Shown here one piece after another: positions 51,560 to 61,256 of a stretch of DNA of 64,000 nt (position 1 is its first letter; every line of letters begins with the position of its first letter). The stretch comes from Polyangiaceae bacterium (GTDB lineage: Bacteria > Myxococcota_A > Polyangia > Polyangiales > Polyangiaceae): positions 152,364-216,363 of the forward strand of contig JAXLYM010000003.1 in assembly GCA_046351455.1 (NCBI GenBank). The letters are read 5' to 3'. Position numbers and translations under genes: made by a program. The notes under the pieces were generated by a model, which was not told where the DNA came from, did no database searches, and saw only the letters and a list, made by a program, of their open reading frames with translations.

Positions 51560-53577
51560 CTCCGGCCGACGCGCAGCTCGAGCTCCGCGTAGCTCACGCG
51601 GTGCACGACGGGGCGGCCGTGCGGGCAGTGACCTGCGAAGTCCACCTCGTCGAGCGCCTGCAGCAGCGCCGCCGCCTCGTCCGGCGGGATGCGCTCGCCC
51701 GCGCGCAGCGAGCCGTGGCACGCCATCGTCGCCAGCGCGAGATCGATCGCCCCCGAGAACGCGCGCTCGCCTGCGTGGCTCACCTCGGCGAGGAGATCGC
51801 GCACGAGGCGCTCCGGCGAGGCGCGCGCGAGCAACTGCGGCACCGCGTGCACCGCGACGTGCGTGGGGCCCGCGGGGCGCAGCTCGAAGCCGGCCGCGAG
51901 CACCGCCTCCTCGCCCTCCTCGACGAGCGCGACCTCGCCGGCCGACACGCTCACGATCACCGGGAAAAGAAGCGTTTGCCGCGCGACCGCGCGCGAGCCG
52001 TACGCCGCGCGGAGGCGGTGGTACGTCACGCGCTCGGCCGCCGCGTGCTGATCGAGGATGTAGAGGCCGTCGTCGCCCTCGCAGAGGAGGAACGTGGCGC
52101 GGAGCTGCGCGAGGTACCGCAGCGATCCGAACGGCGTGCGCTGCTCCATCGTGAGGTTCGCGACGGGCGTGGAGGCGTCGGGCTCCGGGTGACGGCCGTA
52201 CGGGATCGGCGGCGGACGCGGCGGGAGGCCCGCGCGGCTCGCGTCGAAGAGGAGCCCCGCGAGCAGAGGGTCGCGCGGGACGGCGTCGCGATGCGGCCCC
52301 GATTCGCCTTGTTTCGAAGGCGACTCCTGCGTGCGCTCGGCCCCTTCGATCGGCATCACCGCGCTCATCGGAGGCGCCGGCGTGCCATCGGAGATCGGAG
52401 ACGCGGGCCTCTCGGTCGCGGTCGGAGACGCAGGCATCCCGCCGGAGATCGGAGGCCCCTCGGTCGAGCCTCCGGACCACACCCACGCGGCGCTCTCGCT
52501 CGGCACCTCGGCGGGCTTCTGTTTGTAGTGGTGCTGCGCGCCGGGGAGGCGCGACTCGGGCAGGCCGAACGCGCGCGTCAGCGCCTCCGCGAGGATGCGG
52601 TACATCGCGTCGGCGGCCGCGCGGCCGTCCGCGAAGCGCACCTCGGCCTTCTGCGGGTGCACGTTCACGTCGACGAGGTGCGCCGGCAAATCCAGGTGCA
52701 CGACGCCGATCGGGTAGCGGCCCGGCTCCAGCACGCTGCCGTACGCGAGGGCCACGCTGCGCGCGAGCGAGCGGTCCTTCACCACGCGACCGTTCACGAG
52801 GAGCGTGAGGCCGACGGCGCCGGATCGCGCGCGCTCCGGCCGCGACAGGAGCGCCTCCACGCGCAGCGGACCGCGCTCGCCGCGGCACAGCGCGAGCTCC
52901 TCGCCCGCGTGGATCTGGCGCGCGCGCTCTTCGCGCGAGGACGCCCGCAGCCACTCGCGCGCCACGCGCCCGTCGCGCGACAACGTCACCGAGACGTGGT
53001 GCGCGCCGAGCGCCATCGACTGCACGACGTCGGTCACGTTCGCGCTCTCGGTCGCGGGCGCGCGCAGGAATTTGCGGCGCGCCGGCACGTTGAAGAAGAG
53101 GTCGCGCACCTCCACCACCGTGCCCACCGCGACGCCGATCGGCGCGATCGCGGCGGGGCCGCCGCCTTCCACGCGCACCTCGGTTCCTTCCGCGTCCTCG
53201 GCGCGGCGCGTGCGCAGCGCGAGCCGGCTCACGGACGCGATGCTCGGCAGCGCCTCCCCGCGGAACCCGAAGCTCTCGACCGCGGCGAGATCGTCGAGCG
53301 ATTCGATCTTGCTCGTGGCGTGTCGCACGAGCGCGAGCGTCGCGTCCTCGCGATCCATGCCGACGCCGTCATCGGCCACGCGCACGAGCCCGATGCCGCC
53401 GCCTTCGATGTCGACGCGGACCTTACGAGCGCCGGCGTCGAGCGCGTTCTCGACGAGCTCCTTCACGACGCTCGCGGGCCGCTCCACGACCTCGCCCGCG
53501 GCGATCTGGTTCGCGAGATCGTCGGGCAGCACCCGCACCTTGCGGCGCGCGTTCGGCGGATTCGGCGTGGACGACAC
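51556..53577 (-). CDS. mutL: DNA mismatch repair protein MutL
   Basis: GHKL ATPase N-terminus (LANQIAAGEVVERPASVVKELVENALDAG) and a C-terminal dimerisation domain (CPHGRP). Confidence 0.95.
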   Translation of the reverse strand: MSSTPNPPNARRKVRVLPDDLANQIAAGEVVERPASVVKELVENALDAGARKVRVDIEGGGIGLVRVADDGVGMDREDATLALVRHATSKIESLDDLAAVESFGFRGEALPSIASVSRLALRTRRAEDAEGTEVRVEGGGPAAIAPIGVAVGTVVEVRDLFFNVPARRKFLRAPATESANVTDVVQSMALGAHHVSVTLSRDGRVAREWLRASSREERARQIHAGEELALCRGERGPLRVEALLSRPERARSGAVGLTLLVNGRVVKDRSLARSVALAYGSVLEPGRYPIGVVHLDLPAHLVDVNVHPQKAEVRFADGRAAADAMYRILAEALTRAFGLPESRLPGAQHHYKQKPAEVPSESAAWVWSGGSTEGPPISGGMPASPTATERPASPISDGTPAPPMSAVMPIEGAERTQESPSKQGESGPHRDAVPRDPLLAGLLFDASRAGLPPRPPPIPYGRHPEPDASTPVANLTMEQRTPFGSLRYLAQLRATFLLCEGDDGLYILDQHAAAERVTYHRLRAAYGSRAVARQTLLFPVIVSVSAGEVALVEEGEEAVLAAGFELRPAGPTHVAVHAVPQLLARASPERLVRDLLAEVSHAGERAFSGAIDLALATMACHGSLRAGERIPPDEAAALLQALDEVDFAGHCPHGRPVVHRVSYAELELRVGRR

Positions 53578-53614
53578 GTGGCCTCCGCGCGCTGGTTACC
53601 ACGACGAGAGCGGG

Positions 53615-54208
53615 TTAGGGCTCTTCTTCCGCGCCGTCGGCCGCGGCGGCGACCTCTTCGAAGTACGTCTTCGTGCGGGGGCGCGTGAGGGCCAGCGCTG
53701 CCAAGAGCGGCACGCCCAGCTCGAAGAACGCGAGCTTCGTGCGCTCCACCCAGAAGCCCCAGAACTGCATGAAGGCGACCGGCCCCTCGGGCACCGTGGG
53801 GTCCTGGATGATGACCGCCGCGCGCGAGGCCATGTCGATCCATGCGCCGCGCGCATGTCGGAGAAGCAAGAATTCGAGGAGAGCGAAAGCTGCGTTGAGG
53901 CCGAGGGCCTGGAGGGCGAACGTGCGCGAGGATGGGCGGCCGACGAGGACCAGCGTGCTCGCGAGGACGAGCGTGCTCGCGAGGAGCGCGCGCGCCACGC
54001 TCAATGGGAAGGCGAGATTTGGGATCGCGCCGAGCACCACGAGCCGCGCCGACATCAGAACTGGGACGAATACGTCGTGGAACTCGCCCGCGCCTGCGCC
54101 GCTCCGCGCGACCGCGTCGACGTCCGGGAACGAGCCTTCGCGAAGGATCATCGCCGTGGAGCCGCCCGCGAGGAGGCTCTGGACCCCGAGGATCCACACG
54201 AGCACCAT
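53615..54208 (-). CDS. hypothetical membrane protein (4-5 TM helices) upstream of mutL; contains 18-bp in-frame tandem duplication (ASTLVL x2)
   Basis: Hydrophobic ORF. Start set at MVLVWILGV; the upstream part of the track ORF is antisense to the sigma-factor gene. Duplication CAGCGTGCTCGCGAGGAC x2 at about 53948..53983. Confidence 0.45.
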   Translation of the reverse strand: MVLVWILGVQSLLAGGSTAMILREGSFPDVDAVARSGAGAGEFHDVFVPVLMSARLVVLGAIPNLAFPLSVARALLASTLVLASTLVLVGRPSSRTFALQALGLNAAFALLEFLLLRHARGAWIDMASRAAVIIQDPTVPEGPVAFMQFWGFWVERTKLAFFELGVPLLAALALTRPRTKTYFEEVAAAADGAEEEP

Positions 54209-54428
54209 CGCCGCGACGAGATAAAACGGACGCTGGACGTGCCGCTCATGCAAAGGTGCCGGTCGTTCTGATTCCACGATCGCCTCAGCAGGGGCACTTA
54301 GCACGCTTCGGAGCGGCCGCGTACCGCCACGGTCCTCGATCGAGCGCCGGATCGCGACTCGACGCGCCTCGGCCCCTGGCATCCCGCTCGGAACGTGGAT
54401 AGAAAAGCAGACTCTGCGAGGTCGAAGC

Positions 54429-55733
54429 GTGACGAAGGACAATGGCGAGGGCCCGGCGAAGCGTCCTCTCTCGGTAAGCGAAGACGCCACCGGCACGGAC
54501 ACCGTGCCGCCCCGGGCCACCCGAGGACGACCCCGCGCGAACGCGGGTGCCCCCAAGACGAAGGGTGCCGACGCACCGAAGAAAGAGAAGGCCCCCGCCG
54601 CAGCGAAGACCGCGGCCGGTCGCGGCGGTCGCAAGAGCGCGATGGACTCCGAGGCGCCGCGCTCCGAAGAGGACGACGAGGAGCGCTCGCGGGACGACTC
54701 GGACGAGGACGCGGACGAGCGTGAAGACGGCGACGAGCCGGTCGACGCCGACGGCGACGTGATCGACGTCGCGGGAGAGATCGTCGACGAAGAGATGAGC
54801 GCCGATACGGACGTCCCCGCGAAGCCGGCGAACCGCGCGTTCAAGAGCGAGACGCCGGCCGACCACGACGACTCGGTCGCGCTCTCGCGGACGGACCCGC
54901 TCCAGGCGTACCTGCGCGAGGTGCAGCGCCACAAGCTGCTCACGCCGGACGAGGAGAAGGAGCTCACGCAGAAGTTCGAGAAGACGCAGGACCCGCGCAC
55001 CGCCGCGCGCCTCGTCACCGCGAACCTGCGCCTCGTGGTGAAGCTCGCGTACGAGTATCGCCGCGCCTACAAGAACATCATGGACCTCATCCAGGAGGGC
55101 AACATCGGCCTGATGCAGGCCGTGAAGCGCTACGATCCGTACCGCGGCGTGAAGCTCTCCTCGTACGCCGCGTGGTGGATCCGCGCCTACATTTTGCGGT
55201 TCATCCTCAACAACTGGCGCCTCGTGAAGCTCGGCACGACGCAGGCGCAGCGGAAGCTCTTCTTCAACCTCAACAAGGAGAAGGCGAAGCTCGCGGCGAT
55301 GGGCATCGAGCCGGAGGCCGCGGAGATCGCGAAGCGCCTCGGCGTCGAGGAGAAGGAGGTCATCGACATGGACCGCCGCCTCTCCTCGGGCGAAGCCTCG
55401 CTGGACGCGCCGGTCGGCGACTCGGACGGCCGCGCGGTCTCGCGCCTCGACATGATGCCGTCGATGAGCAGCGGACCGGACGTCGCCTTCGAGCAGGAGG
55501 AGATGGGTCAGCTCGTGAAGGAGCGCCTGCAGGAGTTCCGCAAGACGCTCAAGGGCAAGGACGTCATCATCTTCGACAAGCGCATGGCCGCGGACGAGCC
55601 GCTCACGCTGCAGGAGCTGGGCGACGAATTCGGCATCTCCCGCGAGCGCGTCCGCCAGCTCGAAGCGCGGCTCACCCACAAGCTGCGCATCTACCTCAAG
55701 CAGGAGTTCGGGGACGCCGTCGACGCCAGTTGA
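54429..55733 (+). CDS. RpoH-like (sigma-32 family) RNA polymerase sigma factor with ~150-aa acidic/disordered N-terminal extension
   Basis: Region 2 (DLIQEGNIGLMQAVKRYD), RpoH box QAQRKLFFNL, and region 4 (LQELGDEFGISRERVRQLEARL). Confidence 0.9.
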   Translation: MTKDNGEGPAKRPLSVSEDATGTDTVPPRATRGRPRANAGAPKTKGADAPKKEKAPAAAKTAAGRGGRKSAMDSEAPRSEEDDEERSRDDSDEDADEREDGDEPVDADGDVIDVAGEIVDEEMSADTDVPAKPANRAFKSETPADHDDSVALSRTDPLQAYLREVQRHKLLTPDEEKELTQKFEKTQDPRTAARLVTANLRLVVKLAYEYRRAYKNIMDLIQEGNIGLMQAVKRYDPYRGVKLSSYAAWWIRAYILRFILNNWRLVKLGTTQAQRKLFFNLNKEKAKLAAMGIEPEAAEIAKRLGVEEKEVIDMDRRLSSGEASLDAPVGDSDGRAVSRLDMMPSMSSGPDVAFEQEEMGQLVKERLQEFRKTLKGKDVIIFDKRMAADEPLTLQELGDEFGISRERVRQLEARLTHKLRIYLKQEFGDAVDAS

Positions 55734-55788
55734 CGGCGGACCGGGGGGTGTGAGGCGGTGACAGGCCTCCTCGACGGGAGGCCCCTCG

Positions 55789-56379
55789 TCAGTAGCAGCT
55801 CGTGCGCGGCTCGAAGCGGCCGTGGTAGTTCCAGCCCCAGTTGGAGTCCCACTGGCCGTGCGACTCCGCAGCGACCTCGATGTCCCAGGCGTTCTGACCG
55901 CTGTAGTCGTTGAAGGCCCAGAAGAAGATGTCCTGCTCGTCCGCGCTCGGGCCCTCGCAGGCCCAGTTTCCGGGCGATCCGCCGTTCGCGAGGTAGGTGT
56001 CGCAGGTCGTCGAAGGACCGTAGTAGCTCGGGCAGATGAGGCACGCTCGCGGGCCCGCGTTCAGGTACACATACGCGTCGTTGTTCGCGCCCTGACTGGC
56101 ATTGACGAAGATGTCACTCCCGTTCAGGCGGATGTAGAGGTGAATCTCGTTGTCCGGGTAATACGCCCGCAGATAACCGCGGTACGAGACGGTGAGCTGC
56201 GCGTTGTGGCCGTAGGGGTTCTTCGTGTCCTTGATCAGCTCGAACGGGCCGGTCGTCTGCGTGTCGCGCGCAGAGCACATCGGGTAATCCGGCGGGTAGA
56301 AGGAAGCGCCGCTGTCCTCCGTGACGGAGACGGCGACGAGGGCACAGGCGGCGGCGACGGCGAAGGTGGAGGCTTTCAT
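55789..56379 (-). CDS. secreted hypothetical protein, Trp-rich C-terminus
   Basis: Start set at MKASTFAVAAACALVAVSV (signal peptide). The upstream extension is Arg/Gly garbage. Confidence 0.55.
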   Translation of the reverse strand: MKASTFAVAAACALVAVSVTEDSGASFYPPDYPMCSARDTQTTGPFELIKDTKNPYGHNAQLTVSYRGYLRAYYPDNEIHLYIRLNGSDIFVNASQGANNDAYVYLNAGPRACLICPSYYGPSTTCDTYLANGGSPGNWACEGPSADEQDIFFWAFNDYSGQNAWDIEVAAESHGQWDSNWGWNYHGRFEPRTSCY

Positions 56380-56544
56380 GACGGGCGCCGCTTCAGCAAG
56401 CGACGGGCCGCCCGCATACGCCGCGTTTCGTGGGGAATTCGGCCTCACTGCGACTCGCGCGTCGCAACGGACCGGCCGAGAGGTGCGACAGCCGGGACCA
56501 AAAGTTGCCCGTTTCGGGCGGTTTCTGGCATCGGGCCGTGAACC

Positions 56545-58671
56545 GTGCCCGATCTCGCAAAAGGCCCCGATGCTCCCTCCCCCGCGGCGGAACAAGCCAC
56601 CTCCGCGGCGGCGAAACAGGCACGCGGTGTCCCGCCGTCGAAAGAGGCTGTCTCCGCGACCAAAGACACCGGCTCCTCGAAACAGGCGGCCTCTGCCCCG
56701 AAGGAGGCCGGGCGCGGCGCGAGCTTGCTCGAACAAGGGCTCGGCGTGCTCGTGGCGGCGCTGCCGTTCGGAGTGGCCATCTCGCGCGCGGCGGCGACCG
56801 GGCAGTGGCGCGACGACCTCACCGCCGTCCGCGATCTCGGGCTCGTGAGCGTCGGAGTGTCGGGCGGGCTGTCCACGATCACGGCGCAGATCGCGGCGCT
56901 GTTGCCGCTCGGGAGCCGCACGTTCCGCACGTCCGCGGCGTCGGCCGTCGCGCTCGGGCTCGCGGCGTACCTCACGTACCGGCTCGCGCTGCGCGTGCTG
57001 CGGGCCACGTTGCCTCTGCCGATCCCGCCGAAGAAAGGCGCGCCCACGGCGGCGGACGGGACGCCGCGCGCGACGTCGCGGCTGCTCGCGCTGGTGTCGG
57101 CGATCGCGGCGCTCACGGCCTCGCTGTCGCCTGCGTGGCAGCTCGAAGGCACCGTCGGCGGCGGCGCGATGTGGGCCACGTGCGCGGTGCTCGCGGCGGT
57201 GTCGGTCGCGCTGCGCATCGGCGCACCCGGAGCTTCAGATCAAGGCAATTCACGCTCTCAGGGAGTGCGACCGTTCCTCGCGTTCGGGGCGCTCGCGGGC
57301 GCGGCGTTCGCGGAGCAGCCGACCGCCGGCCTCTGCGCGGGCGCGGCGCTCGCGGCCGTGCTGCTCGTGCCGCGGCTCCAGACGGCGGTGCTCGATCGCG
57401 CGGATCGAGCCGTTTCCAAGCTCCTCAAGCGCCGCGTGGAGCCTTCGTTCGCGCGGCCCGCGACGGCGGCGCCCGGCGTGACCGAGCTCGTGGCGGCCCT
57501 CGTGGCCGCGGTGATCGTCGCGTCGCTCCTGCTCGCGCCCGTCGTGCTGCGGCCGCTGGCGCCGCGCGCGTGGGCGGATCTCGGGCGGTTCGTGTCGTCC
57601 GCGAGCGTCGCGGCGATGGATACGCCCGCGCAGGAGACGGCGGCGCTCGCCGCGTGGGGTCGCGAGATCGGCTTCCTTTCGCTGGCGATCGCGCTCACGG
57701 GCGCGGGGCTCGGCGTGCTGCGGGCGCGGACGCGGGGCCCCATCGCGGCGCTGCTCGCGCTCGTGATCCTCGACACGCTGATGCCGGCGCGGCTCGCTTC
57801 GTTCCTCACGGCGGATCCGCTGGCGCCTCTCCGCTGCATCGCGATCGCGGCGCTCTCGGTGGGCTCCGCGTTCGGCGTGCACGAGATCACCGTGGCGCTG
57901 CGGCGCTCGCGCGTGCGGTTCGCGAGGCCGGCGAGCGTGCTCGTCGTGATGTTCCACGTGACGTTGATCGCGCTCACCTCGGAGGAGGCGGCGGTCACCG
58001 CGGATCGCGAGCAGCAGGTCGCGGCCGAGGTGTGGACGGACGAGGCGCTCGGCGCGCTGCCGTTCCGCTCGGCGGTGCTCGTGCGATCTCCCGCGATCGC
58101 CTGGCGTTTGTGGGCCGCGCGCGCGACGCGGGGCGAGCGGCCGGACGTGCTCGTGGTGCCGGCGCCGCTGCTCGCGCGGGGCACGGTGGCGCGGGTGCTC
58201 CTCTCGAACGAGCGCGCGGCGAGCCTCTTGTTGCGCGACATGGCCCTCACCGGCGCGCCGAGCGAGCACGCGTTGTCGACGCTCGCGGACGCGCGCCCCC
58301 TCTTCGCGGAGCTGTTCCCGGGCTGGAATCCGCGGCTCTTCAAGCACCTCGCGGTGAACGGGATGTGGCTGGGTTACGCGGCGGAGCCCCGCGGCCCCTC
58401 GGATCGCAAGATCGCTCTGCTCGCGCAGGCGGCGCCTCTCGGCCGGGTGCTCCGCGCCGTCGGCCAAGCCGCGGAGTCGGATCCGTCGACGGGCGCCGTG
58501 CTCGCGGACAGCCTGAAAGGCCAGGCGGCCTTGCTGATCGCGCTCGGCGAAGCGGAGACCGCGCAGACGTTCTTGATGAAGGTGAACGAGCTCACGCCGA
58601 AGAAGGCCGCCGTCATGGCCGGCCCGACCCGCGCGACGCTGAAGCCCCCGAGCGACGGCCGTTCGCGATAG
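56545..58671 (+). CDS. polytopic membrane protein of unknown function (more than 10 TM helices)
   Basis: Long Ala/Leu-rich hydrophobic ORF. The N-terminal ~60 aa are polar, so the true start may be later. Confidence 0.65.
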   Translation: MPDLAKGPDAPSPAAEQATSAAAKQARGVPPSKEAVSATKDTGSSKQAASAPKEAGRGASLLEQGLGVLVAALPFGVAISRAAATGQWRDDLTAVRDLGLVSVGVSGGLSTITAQIAALLPLGSRTFRTSAASAVALGLAAYLTYRLALRVLRATLPLPIPPKKGAPTAADGTPRATSRLLALVSAIAALTASLSPAWQLEGTVGGGAMWATCAVLAAVSVALRIGAPGASDQGNSRSQGVRPFLAFGALAGAAFAEQPTAGLCAGAALAAVLLVPRLQTAVLDRADRAVSKLLKRRVEPSFARPATAAPGVTELVAALVAAVIVASLLLAPVVLRPLAPRAWADLGRFVSSASVAAMDTPAQETAALAAWGREIGFLSLAIALTGAGLGVLRARTRGPIAALLALVILDTLMPARLASFLTADPLAPLRCIAIAALSVGSAFGVHEITVALRRSRVRFARPASVLVVMFHVTLIALTSEEAAVTADREQQVAAEVWTDEALGALPFRSAVLVRSPAIAWRLWAARATRGERPDVLVVPAPLLARGTVARVLLSNERAASLLLRDMALTGAPSEHALSTLADARPLFAELFPGWNPRLFKHLAVNGMWLGYAAEPRGPSDRKIALLAQAAPLGRVLRAVGQAAESDPSTGAVLADSLKGQAALLIALGEAETAQTFLMKVNELTPKKAAVMAGPTRATLKPPSDGRSR

Positions 58672-58693
58672 GACATCTTCCGAAATCGCAAGC

Positions 58694-58768
58694 GATGCCC
58701 ACCCCCGGCCTTCGCTACGCGAAGTCCGCCCCTCCCAAATCGCTCTCTTCGTTCGCGAAGGGAGGGGA
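58694..58768. repeat. intergenic hairpin repeat element, inverted short copy
   Basis: GATGCCCACCCCCGG...GCCCCTCCCAAATCG...GGGAGGGG is the reverse complement of motifs in the 44203 and 58810 copies. Confidence 0.55.
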
Positions 58769-58809
58769 CCATTCCGTGATCTTGAACGGTGTTCCGAATG
58801 ACGCAACGT

Positions 58810-58892
58810 CCCCTCCCTGAGGCCGTGAAACGGCCGATTTGGGAGGGGCAGGCCGCGCGCAGCGAAGCGAGCACGGACTGGGGGTGGGCACC
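58810..58892. repeat. intergenic hairpin repeat element, direct short copy
   Basis: CCCCTCCCTGAGGCCGTGAAACGGCCGATTTGGGAGGGGC ... GGGGGTGGGCACC is nearly identical over ~40 nt to 44207..44246. Confidence 0.6.
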
Positions 58893-58917
58893 ATCCCGCG
58901 ATCCGAATCGGCTTGGA

Positions 58918-59304
58918 TCAGAGCAGGTTCAGGAACTTCTTCGCGCGCTGGTTCGCGTACGCGATGATCTCGTTCGCCTCTTCTTCGGGGAGGCCGCAGC
59001 GCTTCGCGAGGTGGGAGAGGAGGGCTTTTTCGTCGTCGTGCTGCTCGCCGTCGACCCAGGTCATCAGCGTCGCGTGCTGCAAGAGGACGCGCACGTCGTC
59101 GTCGGAGAGGTCCTCCACCGGCACGTCTTCGATCGTCTTCTTCTCCGCGGCGTACGCGCGGATCTCTTTGGCCTGCGCGTCGTCCGCGTCGAAGCTTTCG
59201 ATGAGCGCGTCGATCATCTCACGCTCCTTGTCGGCGAGGTGTCCGTCGGCCCACGCCATGCAAACGAGGCCCTTGAGGAGGATCTTGTTCTCTTCGCGCA
59301 TCAT
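58918..59304 (-). CDS. TerB-like (tellurite-resistance TerB/DjlA-N family) small protein
   Basis: Start set at MMREENKILL. Pattern LKGLVCMAWADGHLADKEREMIDALI plus a second LLQHATLMTWVDGEQHDDEKALL repeat, typical of TerB-like domains. Confidence 0.6.
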   Translation of the reverse strand: MMREENKILLKGLVCMAWADGHLADKEREMIDALIESFDADDAQAKEIRAYAAEKKTIEDVPVEDLSDDDVRVLLQHATLMTWVDGEQHDDEKALLSHLAKRCGLPEEEANEIIAYANQRAKKFLNLL

Positions 59305-59451
59305 GGTGGCGCGCACCTTGTCCAATGCGAGCGCAGGCGTCAATCGCCCCCTCTCCGCACGTCGGACTGGCCCTCTCCGCAGCCCGCGAAATCGGCGCAT
59401 GGGCGGCACGGCGCGGTGGACCGCGGAGCGCGACAGGCGCATCCTCGGGCG

Positions 59452-60108
59452 ATGAAGAAGCGCGCCACTCTGGTCCTCGCGTCGGCTCTCCTCTTCGGAT
59501 GTGGGGGCAACGTGGATATCTCCAGCGGGAGCACCGCGGGCTCCGGCGGGGGCGGCGGCTCCACGACCGGCAGCACCAGCACGACCTCCGCACAGGGCGG
59601 CACCACGTCGCAAGGCGGCTCCGGCGGCGCGCTCCTCGGCGGAACGGGCGGCGGCACCACGACGAGCGAGATGGGGTGCAGCGTCGTCCTCGACAAAGGC
59701 TGGTTCGTCGACTTCGCCGTCGACGGTGGCCCGACCACCGAATACACGCAGTATTGCGATGGACCGGGCGACGGGATGGGGCCCGGAGCGATCATGTTCC
59801 ACGGCAAGGGCGGCCCCGGGAACTTCGACATCTTCGCCTGTCCCGAGACCGGGATCTCGCAGCCTCGGATCTCGCTCAACGTGGATGATCCGACGGTGCC
59901 GGACAGCGTGACCATCCTCGACGTCATCGACCAGAGCGGCACGGCGCTCCACGCGGACACCGCCGCGACCACGTTCACGGCATGGGGCCCCGAGTGGACG
60001 AACGTGGCCGGCGCCTTCAACGGCAAGGTCACGGGCGCGGACGGCACGGTCAAGGTGGTGACCGGCACGTTCCTCGTGTGCCGGCGGCCCGACGTCTACG
60101 CGCCGTAG
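59452..60108 (+). CDS. lipoprotein with Gly/Ser/Thr-rich linker
   Basis: MKKRATLVLASALLFGC lipobox and a GGS/GGT linker. ORF start placed at the ATG at 59452. Confidence 0.7.
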   Translation: MKKRATLVLASALLFGCGGNVDISSGSTAGSGGGGGSTTGSTSTTSAQGGTTSQGGSGGALLGGTGGGTTTSEMGCSVVLDKGWFVDFAVDGGPTTEYTQYCDGPGDGMGPGAIMFHGKGGPGNFDIFACPETGISQPRISLNVDDPTVPDSVTILDVIDQSGTALHADTAATTFTAWGPEWTNVAGAFNGKVTGADGTVKVVTGTFLVCRRPDVYAP

Positions 60109-60206
60109 ACGCGCTCCTATCGATTCATCCCGGATGTGATCGGGGTCGCGGCGAGACGTCGCTCTTCGCCCGGCGCCTCCTGGCACGCACTGTCTCGGCC
60201 CGTCCT

Positions 60207-60254
60207 CCCGCCGCTGTCATCGCCTGTCATCCCGCCGCTGTCATCGCCTGTCAT
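60207..60254. promoter_or_regulatory. 24-bp tandem direct repeat (CCCGCCGCTGTCATCGCCTGTCAT x2) giving four CTGTCATC boxes 45-95 bp upstream of lipoprotein gene start
   Basis: Boxes at 60213, 60224, 60238 and 60248, spaced 10-14 bp apart. A TGGCAC motif follows at about 60296. Confidence 0.3.
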
Positions 60255-60300
60255 CCACTGCCTGCTTGACAGGGACGTTCGAGATCGATTGTCTGGCACC

Positions 60301-60987
60301 ATGTCGCTCCACCGCATCCTCGCTGTCATGCTCGCAGGCACGGCGATCGCCGCCTGCACGACGACCACCACCGTTCCGCCGGCGACGCCCGAGGCAGGCT
60401 CCACGAGCGAGCCCGCGACCACGGCGGCCCCCGCCGCGACGGCAGAGTCCACCGCCGCGCCCGCGACCACCGCCGCCCCCACCGCGACGGCGCAGGCGAA
60501 CACGCCTGTTCCGGAGGGCGCGACCTGCACCGGCCGCGTCGACGCGCCGCCGAAGGGGCTCTCTGCCTCGGAGGAGGCGGCGCCGTCGTTCGCCATCGGA
60601 CAGCCGGGCAAGGGCGCTCTCTGCGAAGGCAAGGTGTTCACCGCGAAGGAGCCTGTCACGGTCTACCGCGTCTTCAGCGCCGATTACGCGACCTCCAAGC
60701 AGGCGGGCCCCCTCGGCGCCTACTGGACCTTCGCGAAGCCGACCGGCAAGCAGGCGGATTACCGCGCGACCTACGAGATCTGCACCGAATGGAACAAGCT
60801 CGACACGCTCAATGAATGCACGGTGGACGTGGGCGCCAAGATCGTCCTCGGCCCCGGCCAGAGCGCGACCTGCGACGGCGGCAAGGAGTACGCGCAGTCC
60901 GCCGCGAATCAGGTGCTCATCGTCAAGGTGGACGGCAAAGTGCCCGTCTCGAACTGCAAGCAATCGCCCGTGAAGTGGGCCCATTGA
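60301..60987 (+). CDS. lipoprotein with Ala/Thr/Pro-rich linker
   Basis: MSLHRILAVMLAGTAIAAC lipobox. The upstream part of the track ORF is the repeat region. Confidence 0.7.
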   Translation: MSLHRILAVMLAGTAIAACTTTTTVPPATPEAGSTSEPATTAAPAATAESTAAPATTAAPTATAQANTPVPEGATCTGRVDAPPKGLSASEEAAPSFAIGQPGKGALCEGKVFTAKEPVTVYRVFSADYATSKQAGPLGAYWTFAKPTGKQADYRATYEICTEWNKLDTLNECTVDVGAKIVLGPGQSATCDGGKEYAQSAANQVLIVKVDGKVPVSNCKQSPVKWAH

Positions 60988-61256
60988 TCCGGCGCTGAGC
61001 CGCCCCGGCGCTGAGCCGCCCCGCCCCACGCCGACGACGGACCGTTGCCGGCGACAACGCGGTGTTGCGATCGGCAACACCCCCGCGCGGACAGCCTCCC
61101 TCCGAGCCGTCAACCCGCGGTCACGCCTCCTGCCCCGACAGGCCTCCTCGGCCCCGGATCGAGAACAACCATTCACGATCCGGGGCCTGGTACGGGCGCT
61201 GCAATCGGGTCCTGGCGTCACCGCACCAACGAAACCCTCGGAAAAGGAAGCTTGCC

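Noticed and set aside
50606-52954. 782-aa fused ORF spanning miaA and the 3' half of mutL
   Set aside because: The N-terminal 465 aa are out of frame relative to mutL (Arg/Ala-rich). The real miaA starts at the ATG at 51559, overlapping the mutL stop.
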